A DNA stretch of 63,925 nt, the filler included, from an uncultured Acidimicrobiia bacterium (lineage in GTDB: Bacteria > Actinomycetota > Acidimicrobiia > Spongiisociales > JAOTWH01), in the NCBI GenBank assembly GCA_964347285.1. It is 6 parts of 6 records of this genome, joined end to end, with 100 filler letters (N's around TTAATTAATTAA, not from the genome) between each part and the next. Parts side by side here need not be neighbours in the genome. Positions count along the whole stretch, not along the records: positions 37,332 to 49,297 come from CAYFYE010000079.1; 5 more parts are not named here. One strand, written 5' to 3'. The translations under genes were made by a program, and so were the position numbers. Of the stretch, positions 38,648 to 48,797 are shown piece after piece; within the stretch, counting starts at the first letter, position 1, and each line of letters opens with the position of its first letter. The notes under the pieces were generated by a model. The model was not told where the DNA came from and did no database searches. It saw only the letters and a program-made list of their open reading frames with translations.

Positions 38648-40789
38648 TCAGGCCCGGCCGGCGGCTACCTCGTCTTCCCGGGTGCGGCCGGCGAGAAGGA
38701 TCAGATCTTCGTGAAGCTCGAACCAAATGGTGTGGTAGCTGTCGACCCGGGGCGAGGCGATGTAGAGGTGGTCGCCATCGCGGTTGTGAGCGGCGGCCCG
38801 TTCCAGCCGGGCCCGGTAGGCGTCGAGACGAGGAAGGTCGCTGCTCAGCGGCCGGAGCCACGCCACCGCCTCGTCGTGGAGCGAGTCGAGCCGGTCCAGC
38901 ACCGAGGCGTCGTAGTTCCGATCCGAGTGGTCGTTGAGCACCTGCTCGCCGTCCACCTCGCGCATCTGCCAGGCCGTGACCGCCTCCTTCATTCGAACAT
39001 CGAGCGCCAGGAACGCGTCGAGTGCTTCGACGGCATTCTCTGCACCCCACTGCTCGCGATCGGCCCCGATCATCTCAGCGCCGAGGGTCTTCCCGTCTGC
39101 AGTCAACTGGAACATGCCGCCGGCGAGTTCGGTCACCCCGTCGGCCGTCATCCGATCGAGGACCGAGGCCATTTCCTCTTCGGTGGTGAACAGCGCCGGT
39201 GCAAGCCCGTCCGGCGTCACGAATCCCTTGATGAGAAGGGCCCGGACGACCTCCTCCACCTCCGGCGGGCCGGCCTCTGCTGCGGTCTCTTCGGGCTCGG
39301 GCACGGTCGTCCTCCTCTCTATGGGCCGTTCGACCTCGATCCCGAGCTCCTCGGCCCAGGAAAGGAGCCTCGCAGCCTCGGGGACGATCGTAGCGACGCT
39401 GACCACCGCACCTGCGAAGACCTCGCCGGTGCCGCCGTCGATCGTGAGCATGTCTCCGGGGTGGAGGGTGTGGTCGCCGATCGAGACCGCGTCTCCGTCG
39501 ACCTGCACGGCCCCGGCTCCGACGACCGCGGGGATTCCCCATCCCCGGGCCACCACTGCGGCGTGGCTGGCCAAACCGCCGGTTGAGGTCAAAATCCCGG
39601 CCGCCCGGGCCATGCCGTGGACGTCATCGGGGGACGTCTGAGGTCGGACCAGGATGACGCTCCGGCCCGACTCGGCCATCGCCACGGCCGCCTCGGGGGT
39701 AGTGGCGATCTCGCCCGAGGCCAGCCCCGGTGACGCCGGCAGCCCCACCGCCACGACCGGAACATCCTCGCTTCGCTCGACCGGCGTCGTCGGGGGGTTC
39801 TCCAGGTGTTCGGCCACCCGCTCGACCGCTTGGGCGCGGGAAAGCGGAAAGTCCTCGTCCTCGGCCATCTCGACGGCGAGCCGCAGTGCCGCCTGGGGAC
39901 TCCGCTTGCCGATGCGCACCTGGAGCATCCAGAGGCGGCCCTGCTCGATCGTGAACTCGATATCACAGAGGTCGGCGTAGTGGCGCTCAAGGGTGTCGGC
40001 GTATTGCCGGAGCTGGGCGGCGACCTCCGGCATGCGCTCGTCGAGCACGGCAATGGGCTCGGTCCGGTGGGTTCCGGCGACGACGTCCTCGCCCTGAGCG
40101 TCGAACATGACGTCGCCGTACAGAGTCGTTTCCCCGGTGGCCGGGTTCCGGGTGAAGATGACACCGGTTGCCGAATCGGCGCCCCGGTTGCCAAACACCA
40201 TGGCCTGCACCGTCACCGCCGTCCCCAGGTCGTCCTCGATGCCCTCGTGGGCCCGGTAGCTCCGGGCCCGGTCACTGTTCCACGATCGAAACACTCCCTC
40301 GATCGCTCCGCGCAGCTGCTGCCACGGATCGTCCGGGACGGCGGCAACGCCGACGATGTCTCGATACATGGCCGAAAAACGGTCGCGGCACGCCTCGGCG
40401 AATGCGCGATCCCCGGACACCGCCGCCAGCCCTTCCGCCGTTCCATCGTTGAGCCCGAGGTTGAGGATGGTGTCCATCATGCCCGGCATCGAGACCGGGG
40501 CTCCGGAGCGGACGCTCACCAGCAAGGGATCCGCCGCATGGCCGAACCGACGGCCCACCGCCCCTTCCAGGCGGCCCAGGTGTTCGCGGATCTCCGCGTC
40601 GAGCCCGCCGGGCCAGCCGTCCGTCAGGAAGGCCCGGCACGCGTCCGTCGAGATCGTGAAGGCGGGGGGAACCGGCAGGCCCAGCTCGTTGGCCATCACC
40701 GAGATGTTGGCCGCCTTGCCTCCGATGAGCGCGGTGACCTCGGCCGGCGACGCGTCGTGCGGATGGTCGAACGCGAAGACGTAGGGCAC
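38648..40789 (-). CDS. Pyruvate,phosphate dikinase-like protein: ATP-grasp + phospho-His swivel domain fused to an unrelated C-terminal domain, lacking the PEP/pyruvate barrel
   Basis: GGKAAN, LLVSVRSGAPVSMPGMMDTILNLG, QAMVFGN, QGEDVVAG, DIEFTIE, SHAAVVARGWG; then about 200 aa ending SYHTIWFELHEDLI. Confidence 0.88.
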   Translation of the reverse strand: MPYVFAFDHPHDASPAEVTALIGGKAANISVMANELGLPVPPAFTISTDACRAFLTDGWPGGLDAEIREHLGRLEGAVGRRFGHAADPLLVSVRSGAPVSMPGMMDTILNLGLNDGTAEGLAAVSGDRAFAEACRDRFSAMYRDIVGVAAVPDDPWQQLRGAIEGVFRSWNSDRARSYRAHEGIEDDLGTAVTVQAMVFGNRGADSATGVIFTRNPATGETTLYGDVMFDAQGEDVVAGTHRTEPIAVLDERMPEVAAQLRQYADTLERHYADLCDIEFTIEQGRLWMLQVRIGKRSPQAALRLAVEMAEDEDFPLSRAQAVERVAEHLENPPTTPVERSEDVPVVAVGLPASPGLASGEIATTPEAAVAMAESGRSVILVRPQTSPDDVHGMARAAGILTSTGGLASHAAVVARGWGIPAVVGAGAVQVDGDAVSIGDHTLHPGDMLTIDGGTGEVFAGAVVSVATIVPEAARLLSWAEELGIEVERPIERRTTVPEPEETAAEAGPPEVEEVVRALLIKGFVTPDGLAPALFTTEEEMASVLDRMTADGVTELAGGMFQLTADGKTLGAEMIGADREQWGAENAVEALDAFLALDVRMKEAVTAWQMREVDGEQVLNDHSDRNYDASVLDRLDSLHDEAVAWLRPLSSDLPRLDAYRARLERAAAHNRDGDHLYIASPRVDSYHTIWFELHEDLILLAGRTREDEVAAGRA

Positions 40790-40901
40790 GTTTTCGGATT
40801 GTAGAAAGCCTGCTTGGTGGTCCGGCTGGGGCCCGGTTTGTGCCTCCCTGAAGATGCCGGTGCCGGCCGCGCCTTGAGGCCGGCCGGGGTGTCGACCCTC
40901 C

Positions 40902-41237
40902 TTACCTCGACATCGGCATCGACTCGTAGACCTCGATCGCACACCCCTCCGCCCAGTCGAGGTGGGGATGGCCTTCGAGCAATGCCTTCGCTCCGGCCAT
41001 GTCCTCGGCCTCGAGGATCGAGTAGCCGGTGACCTCCGAGTCGGTCGGGGAGCTGCCCGACGCGGTCAGGCGCTGGCCGCCGCCGAGCGGAGAGCCCATA
41101 TCCACCAGCTGGTCCCCGCACTTCGCCGCCCAGGCCATCCACGGCTCCATACCCTTCTGCATCTCTTCAGGCGTGGCATTTGCCGCAGCCTCGACCCAGG
41201 CCACCGGTGCGTGGTAGAGAACGATGAATCGGCTCAC
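40902..41237 (-). CDS. YciI-like small protein
   Basis: WMAWA...LVDMGSPL...VTGYSILEAEDMAGAKALLEGHPHL; GTG start with SD GAGGAG. Confidence 0.75.
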   Translation of the reverse strand: MSRFIVLYHAPVAWVEAAANATPEEMQKGMEPWMAWAAKCGDQLVDMGSPLGGGQRLTASGSSPTDSEVTGYSILEAEDMAGAKALLEGHPHLDWAEGCAIEVYESMPMSR

Positions 41238-41334
41238 AGTCTCCTCGATCGACGACCCGGCCAGTCTACGTGACCCCGTGGCGCGAAGCCTCGAAGTATC
41301 TCCGGCGGAGGGTGCCGTTCTAGCCTCATTGTCG

Positions 41335-42594
41335 ATGTCGCTCGATCGCACCCGACTTCGCAGCGGCCCGGCCGCCGGTGCGCTGCTGCTGGTCGTCGTT
41401 GGGGCCTGCACCGCCTCCACCGACACGACTGCCGGAGCGGCGCCGGCCTCGACCGACCCCGTCGAGACGGTGGGCACAGCCGCCGTGCCGGCCCCAACCA
41501 CGACCACGTCGATCCCTGCCGACTTTCAGGCGCCCGTCTCGACGTCGGTCCCCGCCGCTCCCGGGCCCGATCCAGCGCCACCGGAGCCGGCCCTGCCGGA
41601 CGGGTCGAGCGGAGTGGCGGTCGCGGCCGCCGGGGGAGCGGTCATCGCCGAGGAACCGGACGGCATTCCGTTCGTGCGGGCTCACGAAGGTTTGGTGTTC
41701 CCGGTGGTGGGAAGGCGGGGGCGGTGGCTGGAGGTGGCGACCCCTTGCGAGACCACCGCCTGGGTCGACGGGGACCACGTTCGCTTTGTGCCGGGCGCGT
41801 TCGGCGGCGAGGCGCTCGGGGCGGGCTTCGCCATGAGCGACGCCGTCGTGGTGCTCGATCCCGGCCACGGCGGTCCCAACACCGGGGCCGTCGGGCCGCG
41901 GGGCACGATGGAGAAGGACCTCAATCTCGACATCGCCCGGCGAACCCGGGATCTGCTGGAGGCTCCGCACGCCATCGATTGGGAAACGGGAGCCATCACC
42001 GAAGGGAACGAGATCCCGGCCGCCGGCACCGTGTGGGTCACTCGCACCGAGGGCCCGGAGGGCGCCGACATCGAGACCGGGCTGGTGTTCCGGGCCACTC
42101 TCGCCAATGTCGCCGGGGCAGATGCGCTCGTGTCGATCCACAACAACGCCGCCCCGGATGGGCCCAGCGAGATCACCGGCGCCGAGGCCTACTACCGGGT
42201 GCAGGACGCCGAATCGAAGCGGCTGAGCGGGCTCGTGGTGGAGGAGCTGCGGCGGGGATTCGCCTCCTTCGATGCCGATTGGGCGTCGGCCGTCGACGCC
42301 GGCGCCAAGTACCGGGTGCGGCGGGACGGCGCGACCGATCTGTACGGGGTCCTCAAAGATGCCAAAGTGCCCGCGGTGCTCGTCGAGGGGGCCTATCTGA
42401 CCAACCCCTCCGAGGAGGCGCTGCTGCTCACGCCCGAGTTCCGTCAGGCCTACGCCGATTCCATCTACAGAGCCCTGGTTCGCTTCCTCACCACCGACGA
42501 TCCGGGGTCCGGCTTCGTGGAGCCGATAAGGCGAACCGCCTCGCCCGGCTCGGGATCTCCGCAGCCGTCCTGCACGATCCCGGCTCAGCCCTAG
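41335..42594 (+). CDS. N-acetylmuramoyl-L-alanine amidase (Amidase_3) lipoprotein
   Basis: Lipobox VVGAC, Thr/Pro linker, VVLDPGHGG, EKDLNL, VSIHNNA, VLVEGAYLTN. Confidence 0.88.
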   Translation: MSLDRTRLRSGPAAGALLLVVVGACTASTDTTAGAAPASTDPVETVGTAAVPAPTTTTSIPADFQAPVSTSVPAAPGPDPAPPEPALPDGSSGVAVAAAGGAVIAEEPDGIPFVRAHEGLVFPVVGRRGRWLEVATPCETTAWVDGDHVRFVPGAFGGEALGAGFAMSDAVVVLDPGHGGPNTGAVGPRGTMEKDLNLDIARRTRDLLEAPHAIDWETGAITEGNEIPAAGTVWVTRTEGPEGADIETGLVFRATLANVAGADALVSIHNNAAPDGPSEITGAEAYYRVQDAESKRLSGLVVEELRRGFASFDADWASAVDAGAKYRVRRDGATDLYGVLKDAKVPAVLVEGAYLTNPSEEALLLTPEFRQAYADSIYRALVRFLTTDDPGSGFVEPIRRTASPGSGSPQPSCTIPAQP

Positions 42595-42977
42595 CGAGCC
42601 AGCAGGTAGACGGCGAGGAAGACGCCGGCGGCGACCCCGGTCAGCATCGGGATGGCGTACCCGAATCGCTCCCGTTGAGCGAATGCCCATCCCAGGGAGT
42701 TGATGGAGGTGTAGAGGAGCGCTCCGGTGGCGACGGCGCCGAGCACCACCGCCCAGTGAGTGTCCAGGATCAGGCCCACGCCGGCGACGATCAAGGCAGC
42801 CGCGGTTGCATACTCGGCGAGCCAGTGCGGCCAGAACAGCGTCCCGGCGTCGGGGTCGCGCGCTGCGAACACCCCGTGCGTCAGGTCGATCTGATCACCG
42901 GCCAGGATGTCGCGTGTCCAGACACCGGCGATGGCGATGCCCATCACGATCATCACGGCCGCAGCTGCCACGTCCAC
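42591..42977 (-). CDS. Small multi-pass membrane protein
   Basis: Four hydrophobic segments with HWLAE; last gene of the kbl-tdh unit. Confidence 0.7.
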   Translation of the reverse strand: MDVAAAAVMIVMGIAIAGVWTRDILAGDQIDLTHGVFAARDPDAGTLFWPHWLAEYATAAALIVAGVGLILDTHWAVVLGAVATGALLYTSINSLGWAFAQRERFGYAIPMLTGVAAGVFLAVYLLAR

Positions 42978-42981
42978 AGCG

Positions 42982-44028
42982 TCAGGAACGGTTGGTGCCG
43001 CCGGCCCAGTCCAGCAGCACCTTCCCGCACTCGCCGGAGGCGGCCACCGCGAACGCCTCCTCGAACCGGTCGGCCGGGAACTCGTGGGTGATGACCGGAG
43101 CGATGTCGAGCCCGGTCTCGAGCATGGCGATCATCTTGTACCAGGTTTCGAAGAGCTTGCGCCCGTAGATCCCCTTGACCGTCAGGCCTTTGAAGATGAT
43201 CTCACTCCAGTCGATCGGGTTGCGTTCCTTGCTGGGAATGCCGAGCAAGGCCACGTTGCCGCCGTTGTTCATCGTATCGAGCATCTGCTGGAGGGCCGAG
43301 GCGACCCCGGACATCTCGAGGCCGACGTCGAACCCCTCCATCATGCCCAGGTCTGCCATGACGTCGTTGAGGTCGGTCACTCGTGGGTCCACCGCCCGGT
43401 CGGCCCCCATCTCGGCGACGATGGCGAGGCGATAGTGGTTGACGTCGGTCGCCACTACGTAGCGGGCCCCGACGTGGCGGGCGATCGCCACCGCCATCAT
43501 GCCGATCGGCCCCGCTCCGGTGGCCAGGACGTCCTCTCCTACCAGGTCGTAGGAGAGTGCGGTATGGGTGGCGTTGCCGAGAGAGTCGAGCAGGCTCGCT
43601 ACCGAGTCGTCGATGTCATCGGGCACCGGATAGGCGTTGAAGGCGGGTATGGCAATGAACTGGGCGAATGCGCCCGGTCGATCCACGCCGACTCCAATGG
43701 TGTTGCGGCAGAAGTGGCGACGCCCGGCCCGGCAGTTGCGGCACACTCCGCACGTGATGTGGCCTTCACCGGCCACCCGCTGGCCCACCTCGATGCGCTC
43801 GACTTCAGAGCCGATCTCGGTCACTCTTCCCATGAATTCGTGGCCGACGGCCATCGGCACGGGAATGGTGTGCTGGGCCCAGCGATCCCAGTTGAGTATG
43901 TGGAGGTCGGTGCCGCAGATGGCGGTCTTGGAAACCTCCACCAGCACATCGTTGGGACCCACGTCGGGCGGTGTCACCTCCTCCATCCAGATGCCCGGTT
44001 CCGGCTTCGCTTTGACGAGGGCTCGCAT
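42982..44028 (-). CDS. tdh: L-threonine 3-dehydrogenase
   Basis: [43 protein letters not shown]. Confidence 0.96.
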   Translation of the reverse strand: MRALVKAKPEPGIWMEEVTPPDVGPNDVLVEVSKTAICGTDLHILNWDRWAQHTIPVPMAVGHEFMGRVTEIGSEVERIEVGQRVAGEGHITCGVCRNCRAGRRHFCRNTIGVGVDRPGAFAQFIAIPAFNAYPVPDDIDDSVASLLDSLGNATHTALSYDLVGEDVLATGAGPIGMMAVAIARHVGARYVVATDVNHYRLAIVAEMGADRAVDPRVTDLNDVMADLGMMEGFDVGLEMSGVASALQQMLDTMNNGGNVALLGIPSKERNPIDWSEIIFKGLTVKGIYGRKLFETWYKMIAMLETGLDIAPVITHEFPADRFEEAFAVAASGECGKVLLDWAGGTNRS

Positions 44029-45218
44029 CAGCCAATCACTCCGAGCTCCCGACCCACCTTGGTGAAGGCGGCGACGGCTTGATCCAGATGATCCCGGGTG
44101 TGGGCGGCCGACATCTGGGTGCGAATCCGGGCCTGACCCCGGGGAACCACGGGGAACGAGAACCCGATGACGTAGATCCCCTCGTCGAGCAGTCGGTCGG
44201 CCATGTCGGTGGCCAGCTGGGCATCCCCGAGCATGACCGGAATGATCGGGTGACCGGCCCCGGTCAGCTCGAATCCTGCTTTCTCCATCTCGGCTCGGAA
44301 GTACGCCGAGTTGTCGTGCAGACGGACCCGGAGCTCGTCACTCTCCCGGAGCATCTGGAGGACGCGCAGCGACGTGGCGGCAATCACCGGCGCCAGCGAG
44401 TTCGAGAACAAGTAGGGCCGCGATCGCTGCCGCAGCCAGGCGACGATCTCCTTGGCCCCAGCGGTGTATCCGCCCGAGGCTCCCCCGAGCGCCTTGCCCA
44501 GTGTTCCGGTGACCACATCCACGCGAGGGACGACGCCCCAGTACTCGGGGGTGCCGCCGCCTCGGTCGCCGAGCAGCCCCACGGCATGGGAGTCGTCGAC
44601 CATTACCAGCGCTTCGTACTGCTCGGCGAGATCGCAGATCGCGGGGAGGTTGGCGATGATGCCGTCCATCGAGAACACCCCGTCGGTGGCGATCATCCGG
44701 AAGCGAGCATCCTTGGCGGCCTCCAGCTGGCGAGCCAGGTCGTCCATGTCGTTGTTGGCATAGCGATAGCGCCCGGCCTTGCACAGCCGTACACCATCGA
44801 TGATCGAGGCATGGTTGAGGGCGTCGGAGATGATGGCGTCTTCTTCGCCGAGGATGGTTTCGAACAGACCGGTGTTGGCGTCGAAACAGGACGAGTACAG
44901 GATCGAATCCTCCGTCCCGAGGAACTCGCTCAGCTCACCCTCCAGGGTTCGATGGACCGTCTGGGTGCCGCAGATGAATCGAACCGAGGACATGCCGTAG
45001 CCGTAGTGGTGCACCGCTTTCTCGGCGGCTTCGACCAGGGAGGGATGGTTGGCGAGGCCCAGGTAGTTGTTGGCGCAGAGGTTCACCACCTGGCGCCCAT
45101 CGTCGAGGATGATGACGGCGTCCTGCGGCGAGGCGATGGTCCGCTCCTGCTTGAAGAGCCCGGAGTCACGGAGTCCCGCCGTCTCGGCGGCCAGGTGCTC
45201 GAGAAAGCGGGCGTTCAT
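44028..45218 (-). CDS. kbl: 2-amino-3-ketobutyrate CoA ligase (glycine C-acetyltransferase)
   Basis: [48 protein letters not shown]. Confidence 0.96.
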   Translation of the reverse strand: MNARFLEHLAAETAGLRDSGLFKQERTIASPQDAVIILDDGRQVVNLCANNYLGLANHPSLVEAAEKAVHHYGYGMSSVRFICGTQTVHRTLEGELSEFLGTEDSILYSSCFDANTGLFETILGEEDAIISDALNHASIIDGVRLCKAGRYRYANNDMDDLARQLEAAKDARFRMIATDGVFSMDGIIANLPAICDLAEQYEALVMVDDSHAVGLLGDRGGGTPEYWGVVPRVDVVTGTLGKALGGASGGYTAGAKEIVAWLRQRSRPYLFSNSLAPVIAATSLRVLQMLRESDELRVRLHDNSAYFRAEMEKAGFELTGAGHPIIPVMLGDAQLATDMADRLLDEGIYVIGFSFPVVPRGQARIRTQMSAAHTRDHLDQAVAAFTKVGRELGVIG

Positions 45219-45287
45219 GGGCAGAAATCTATCGCCCGTACCCAACGCCCGTCGCTGCCGGACGCGCCGCAGGGCACCCGGGGCGGG

Positions 45288-47777
45288 TCAGCGCCTGACC
45301 CGCTCCATTCCTGGGTCGTACAGGGGCTTGATCGACGCCACCGCCGGATACACCGTGCCGGCGATGTCGACCTCCCAGCGGGCCTCGTCGAGGTAGGCGT
45401 GGGTGACGGGCCGGCCCGCCTCGATCATCGCTAGGCCGACGGCGCCCCCCAACGTGAAGCCGTAGGAGGCGGCCCGCACATAGCCCACCGCGGTGCCGTT
45501 GCGCCGCACGACTTCGCCGTGGAACATCAACGGCTCGGGGTCGGTGACGAGGATCTGGGCCAGCCGGCGGGTGGGGGGCCCGGCCGCCTTCTTGGCCGCC
45601 GCTGCCGGGCCTCCGATGAACCCGTCGGGTTTGGCGAGGTCGACGGCGAAGCCCAGGCCGGCTTCGAAGACGTCGTCGCCGTTGTCGATGTCGTGGCCGT
45701 AGTCGCGGTAGCCCTTCTCCAGGCGCAGGCTGGACAGCGCCTTGAGGCCGGCATGGCGGAGGTCGAGATCTTCGCCGGCCGCCACCAGCCGGTCGTAGAC
45801 GTCGGTGGCCTGCTCGGCGGGGACGTAGAGCTCGTAGCCCAGCTCACCGACATACGTGATGCGGATGCAGAGCACCCTGGCGAACCCGATGTCGATTTCC
45901 CGCGCCGTGCGGAAGGGGAATGCCTCGTTGGAGAGATCTGCCGAGGTGACTGATTGCACCAGCTCTCGCGAGCGCGGCCCCTGGATGTTGATCTGGGCGT
46001 AGCCGGGCGTCACGTCGGTGACGCCGGCCCGGACATCGGCCGTGAGGTAGCGGCGCATCCGGGTTGCTACGTGACGGTGGGCCGTGTCGGTGGCCACCAC
46101 CCAGAACCGCTCCTCGTCGAGCTTGGTGACGGTGAGGTCGGCCTCGAGCGTTCCCCCCTCGTTGAGCCATTGGGTATAGGTGATGACGCCGGGCTCGCCG
46201 TCCACGTTGTTGGCGGACAGGGTGTCCAGGAACCGACCGGCGTCTCGACCTTCCACGAGGAACTTCGCCATGAACGACATGTCCATGAGGATCACCCCGT
46301 TGCGGGCCGCCTCGTGCTCGGCCTGCCAGTAGGGGAACCAGTTCTGGCGCCCCCAGGACAGGCACTCCACTTTGGGCTCCACGCCGGGCGGGGCGTACCA
46401 GTCGGCCCCCTCCCAGCCGCTCACTTCGCGGAAGTACGCTCCCTGCGCCGCCAGCCGATCATGTATCGGAGAGAGCTTCACCCCCCGCGCCGTCTGCATG
46501 GACCGGGTGGGGTAGTGACACTGGTACACCAGGCCGAGGGATTCCACGGTGCGGGCGGCCCGGTACGCCGGGTTGGCTTGATAGGGGTGGAGGCGATCGA
46601 TGTTGATTCCGGTGACGTCGACGTCGGGCCGGCCGGTAACGATCCAGTGGGCGAGCACCCGCCCCACCCCGCCGCCGGTGAGGATGCCGACCGAGTTCAA
46701 GCCGGCGGCCACGAAGTAGTTCCGCAGCTCGGGGGCTTCGCCGACGATCGGTGCCAGATCTGGGGTGAAGCTCTCCGGCCCGCAGAACAGCCTCCTGATG
46801 CCGGTTTCGAGCGTTACCGGCACCCGGCGCATGGCCTGTTCGATGTACGGCTCCATCCGATCCCAATCCGGCTTGAGCTCGGCGAAGCTGACGTCGTTGG
46901 GTACCTCTTCGACCTGCCAGGGGGCACATTCCGGTTCGAACAGGCCGATCAGCAGGCCGCCCGCTTCTTCCCGGTAGTAGCCATAGGAGGCCGGATCCTC
47001 GAGCACCGGCCACGACTCGGACAGGCCGTCGATCTGCTCGGTGACGAGGTAGTAGTGCTCGGCCGCCTGGAGGGGGATGGTGACCTCGGCCCGATCGCCC
47101 AGCTGGCGGGCCCACATGCCGGCGCAGTTGACCACGTACTCGGCTTCGATGTCGCCGTGGGCCGTACGTACTCCGGTGACCGCGTCCCGGTCCTGGAGAA
47201 ACCCGGTGACCGCCGCCCCTTCCACGATGCGGACTCCGAGCAGTCGAGCCCCCCTGGCGAGCGACATAGTGACATCGACCGGGTTGACCTTGCCGTCCTC
47301 CGGCACGAGGAAGCCGGCCAGGACATCGTCGGTGCGGGCCGGGGGAAACAGCTCCGCCACCTCGCGTGCCGAGATTTCGTGGACGTCCACACCACAGAAG
47401 CGGTTGAAGGCGGCCACACGCCGGTACTCCTCCAGGCGGTCCGGCTCGGTGGCCAGCTCGATGAATCCGATCGGCTCGAACCCGGTGGCCTGACCGGTCT
47501 CGACTTCCAGGCGGCGGTACAGGTCGCGGGTATAGAGGCGCATCTCGGTGGACGTCTCCGACATCGACCCGAACGTCACCATCAGCCCGGCGGCGTGCCA
47601 CGTGCTACCCGAGGTCAGGCGGTCGCGCTCCAACAGCACCACGTCCGTCCAGCCCATGTGGGCAAGGTGATACGCGACGCTGCAGCCGATGACGCCGCCG
47701 CCGACGACCACTACCCGGGCTCGATCGGGGACGACCGGTTGGGGCGGGGAACGGTCCGCCGTCTCCGGCTGGTTCAT
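45288..47777 (-). CDS. FAD-dependent oxidoreductase fused to GcvT domain (dimethylglycine/sarcosine dehydrogenase-like)
   Basis: GGGVIG, SGSTWHAAG, GPESFTPD, GWEGADWY, ITYVGELGYE, SLRLEKGYR. Confidence 0.9.
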   Translation of the reverse strand: MNQPETADRSPPQPVVPDRARVVVVGGGVIGCSVAYHLAHMGWTDVVLLERDRLTSGSTWHAAGLMVTFGSMSETSTEMRLYTRDLYRRLEVETGQATGFEPIGFIELATEPDRLEEYRRVAAFNRFCGVDVHEISAREVAELFPPARTDDVLAGFLVPEDGKVNPVDVTMSLARGARLLGVRIVEGAAVTGFLQDRDAVTGVRTAHGDIEAEYVVNCAGMWARQLGDRAEVTIPLQAAEHYYLVTEQIDGLSESWPVLEDPASYGYYREEAGGLLIGLFEPECAPWQVEEVPNDVSFAELKPDWDRMEPYIEQAMRRVPVTLETGIRRLFCGPESFTPDLAPIVGEAPELRNYFVAAGLNSVGILTGGGVGRVLAHWIVTGRPDVDVTGINIDRLHPYQANPAYRAARTVESLGLVYQCHYPTRSMQTARGVKLSPIHDRLAAQGAYFREVSGWEGADWYAPPGVEPKVECLSWGRQNWFPYWQAEHEAARNGVILMDMSFMAKFLVEGRDAGRFLDTLSANNVDGEPGVITYTQWLNEGGTLEADLTVTKLDEERFWVVATDTAHRHVATRMRRYLTADVRAGVTDVTPGYAQINIQGPRSRELVQSVTSADLSNEAFPFRTAREIDIGFARVLCIRITYVGELGYELYVPAEQATDVYDRLVAAGEDLDLRHAGLKALSSLRLEKGYRDYGHDIDNGDDVFEAGLGFAVDLAKPDGFIGGPAAAAKKAAGPPTRRLAQILVTDPEPLMFHGEVVRRNGTAVGYVRAASYGFTLGGAVGLAMIEAGRPVTHAYLDEARWEVDIAGTVYPAVASIKPLYDPGMERVRR

Positions 47778-47816
47778 CCCTCCTCCACGGGACGCTCCGT
47801 GAGCCTCGGGGTGGGA

Positions 47817-48446
47817 TTAGAAGGCGTAGCTCTCACCCCAATCGAGGGGGACGACCTCGATGCCGTCGGCCGACAGGACGGTCGAGGCCAGAGCGGTGAT
47901 CCATTGCCGGCCGCTTGGGCTGGTGTAGAAGTCGTGGATCGGCACCACCAGCTGAGGCGCCAGCCGCCGCGCGAAGGCCACCGAGGCCGTGGTCGATCCC
48001 CAGGGCGCCAGCAGGGGCAGGGCCAGAACCGGCGCGGTCGTGGTCGGCTGGTAACTGTCTCCGGGGTGGGTGAGGACTCCCTCGATCGTGTAGCTGCGGT
48101 TGGGAGGCGTGGCGCCGGTGGGGATCATCTCGTGAAGGACGTCCTCGGAGGTGATCCCGGGCGGATCGTGGGTCACCGCCTGGATGTCGTGTTCGGCCAA
48201 CAGGGCGGCCACCGCTTCGTTGGAGTACACGTTCACGTCGTTGCCGCGATCGATCACCCAGCGCACGAACTCGGGCTTGACGTGATCGGCGTGCTCGTGA
48301 GTGATCAGCACCCGTTGGACGTCGCCGATCGAGTCCAGGTCGACCTCTCCGGAGTCGAAGGTGAAGAAGCCGGGATCGATCAGCGTATTGCCGTCTGCGG
48401 TGGTGACGAGAAGGCACGAGTCGGCGAGTCGTCTGATGGTGGGCAT
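47817..48446 (-). CDS. MBL-fold metallo-hydrolase
   Basis: LIDPG, ITHEHADH, HPGDS, VPIHD. Confidence 0.85.
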   Translation of the reverse strand: MPTIRRLADSCLLVTTADGNTLIDPGFFTFDSGEVDLDSIGDVQRVLITHEHADHVKPEFVRWVIDRGNDVNVYSNEAVAALLAEHDIQAVTHDPPGITSEDVLHEMIPTGATPPNRSYTIEGVLTHPGDSYQPTTTAPVLALPLLAPWGSTTASVAFARRLAPQLVVPIHDFYTSPSGRQWITALASTVLSADGIEVVPLDWGESYAF

Positions 48447-48636
48447 GGCGCGGACGCTAGCCGCTCGGCCGGGTCCACGACGCGCCCCGCCGGGGGTTCT
48501 GGTGAGATACGATCCCGACTCCGCCCGCCCCTGCCGATCATCGGTACCCCTCTTCTAAGCGATGCTCGGCCGGTGAACTCGAGGGCCTAGTCACTCCTAG
48601 TCCGGGTTTTTGGTGCTCCCGATGCCCCAAAACCTC

Positions 48637-48665
48637 TTGACGGGAGCTTCCCGAAACCACATAAT
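48637..48665 (+). promoter_or_regulatory. Housekeeping-sigma promoter
   Basis: TTGACG (48637-48642) - 17 nt - CATAAT (48660-48665). Confidence 0.75.
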
Positions 48666-48700
48666 GCGTTTCCTTAAACACTTAGTGTAGTTGATGGGCA

Positions 48701-48774
48701 GATGGGAGGCACTGACCTTCGACCCGTATGCGGTCACCTTGGGTCGAAGTGAGCCAGTGGTGAGACCGGCCCTC
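48701..48774 (+). ncRNA. c-di-GMP-II-type riboswitch aptamer (sequence variant)
   Basis: GGAGGCACTGA; stem CTTCGACCC/GGGTCGAAG; loop CGGTCACC able to pseudoknot with GGTGA-GA-CCG; TGAGCCAGT kink-turn strand; matches the class II c-di-GMP architecture element by element. Confidence 0.85.
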
Positions 48775-48797
48775 CCCTCCGACACCGGGGAGGCAAT

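Noticed and set aside
42591..47777. GcvT-family dehydrogenase with kbl-tdh as a novel pathway
   Set aside because: Known glycine-yielding enzymes; kbl has its own apparent promoter, so co-orientation alone is weak evidence of a new system.
45954..48590. Long antisense or alternate-frame ORFs (878 aa here; also 6295-8247, 53498-55516, 50933-52396, 54433-55884)
   Set aside because: Typical high-GC shadow frames overlapping well-supported genes, with no recognisable motifs of their own.
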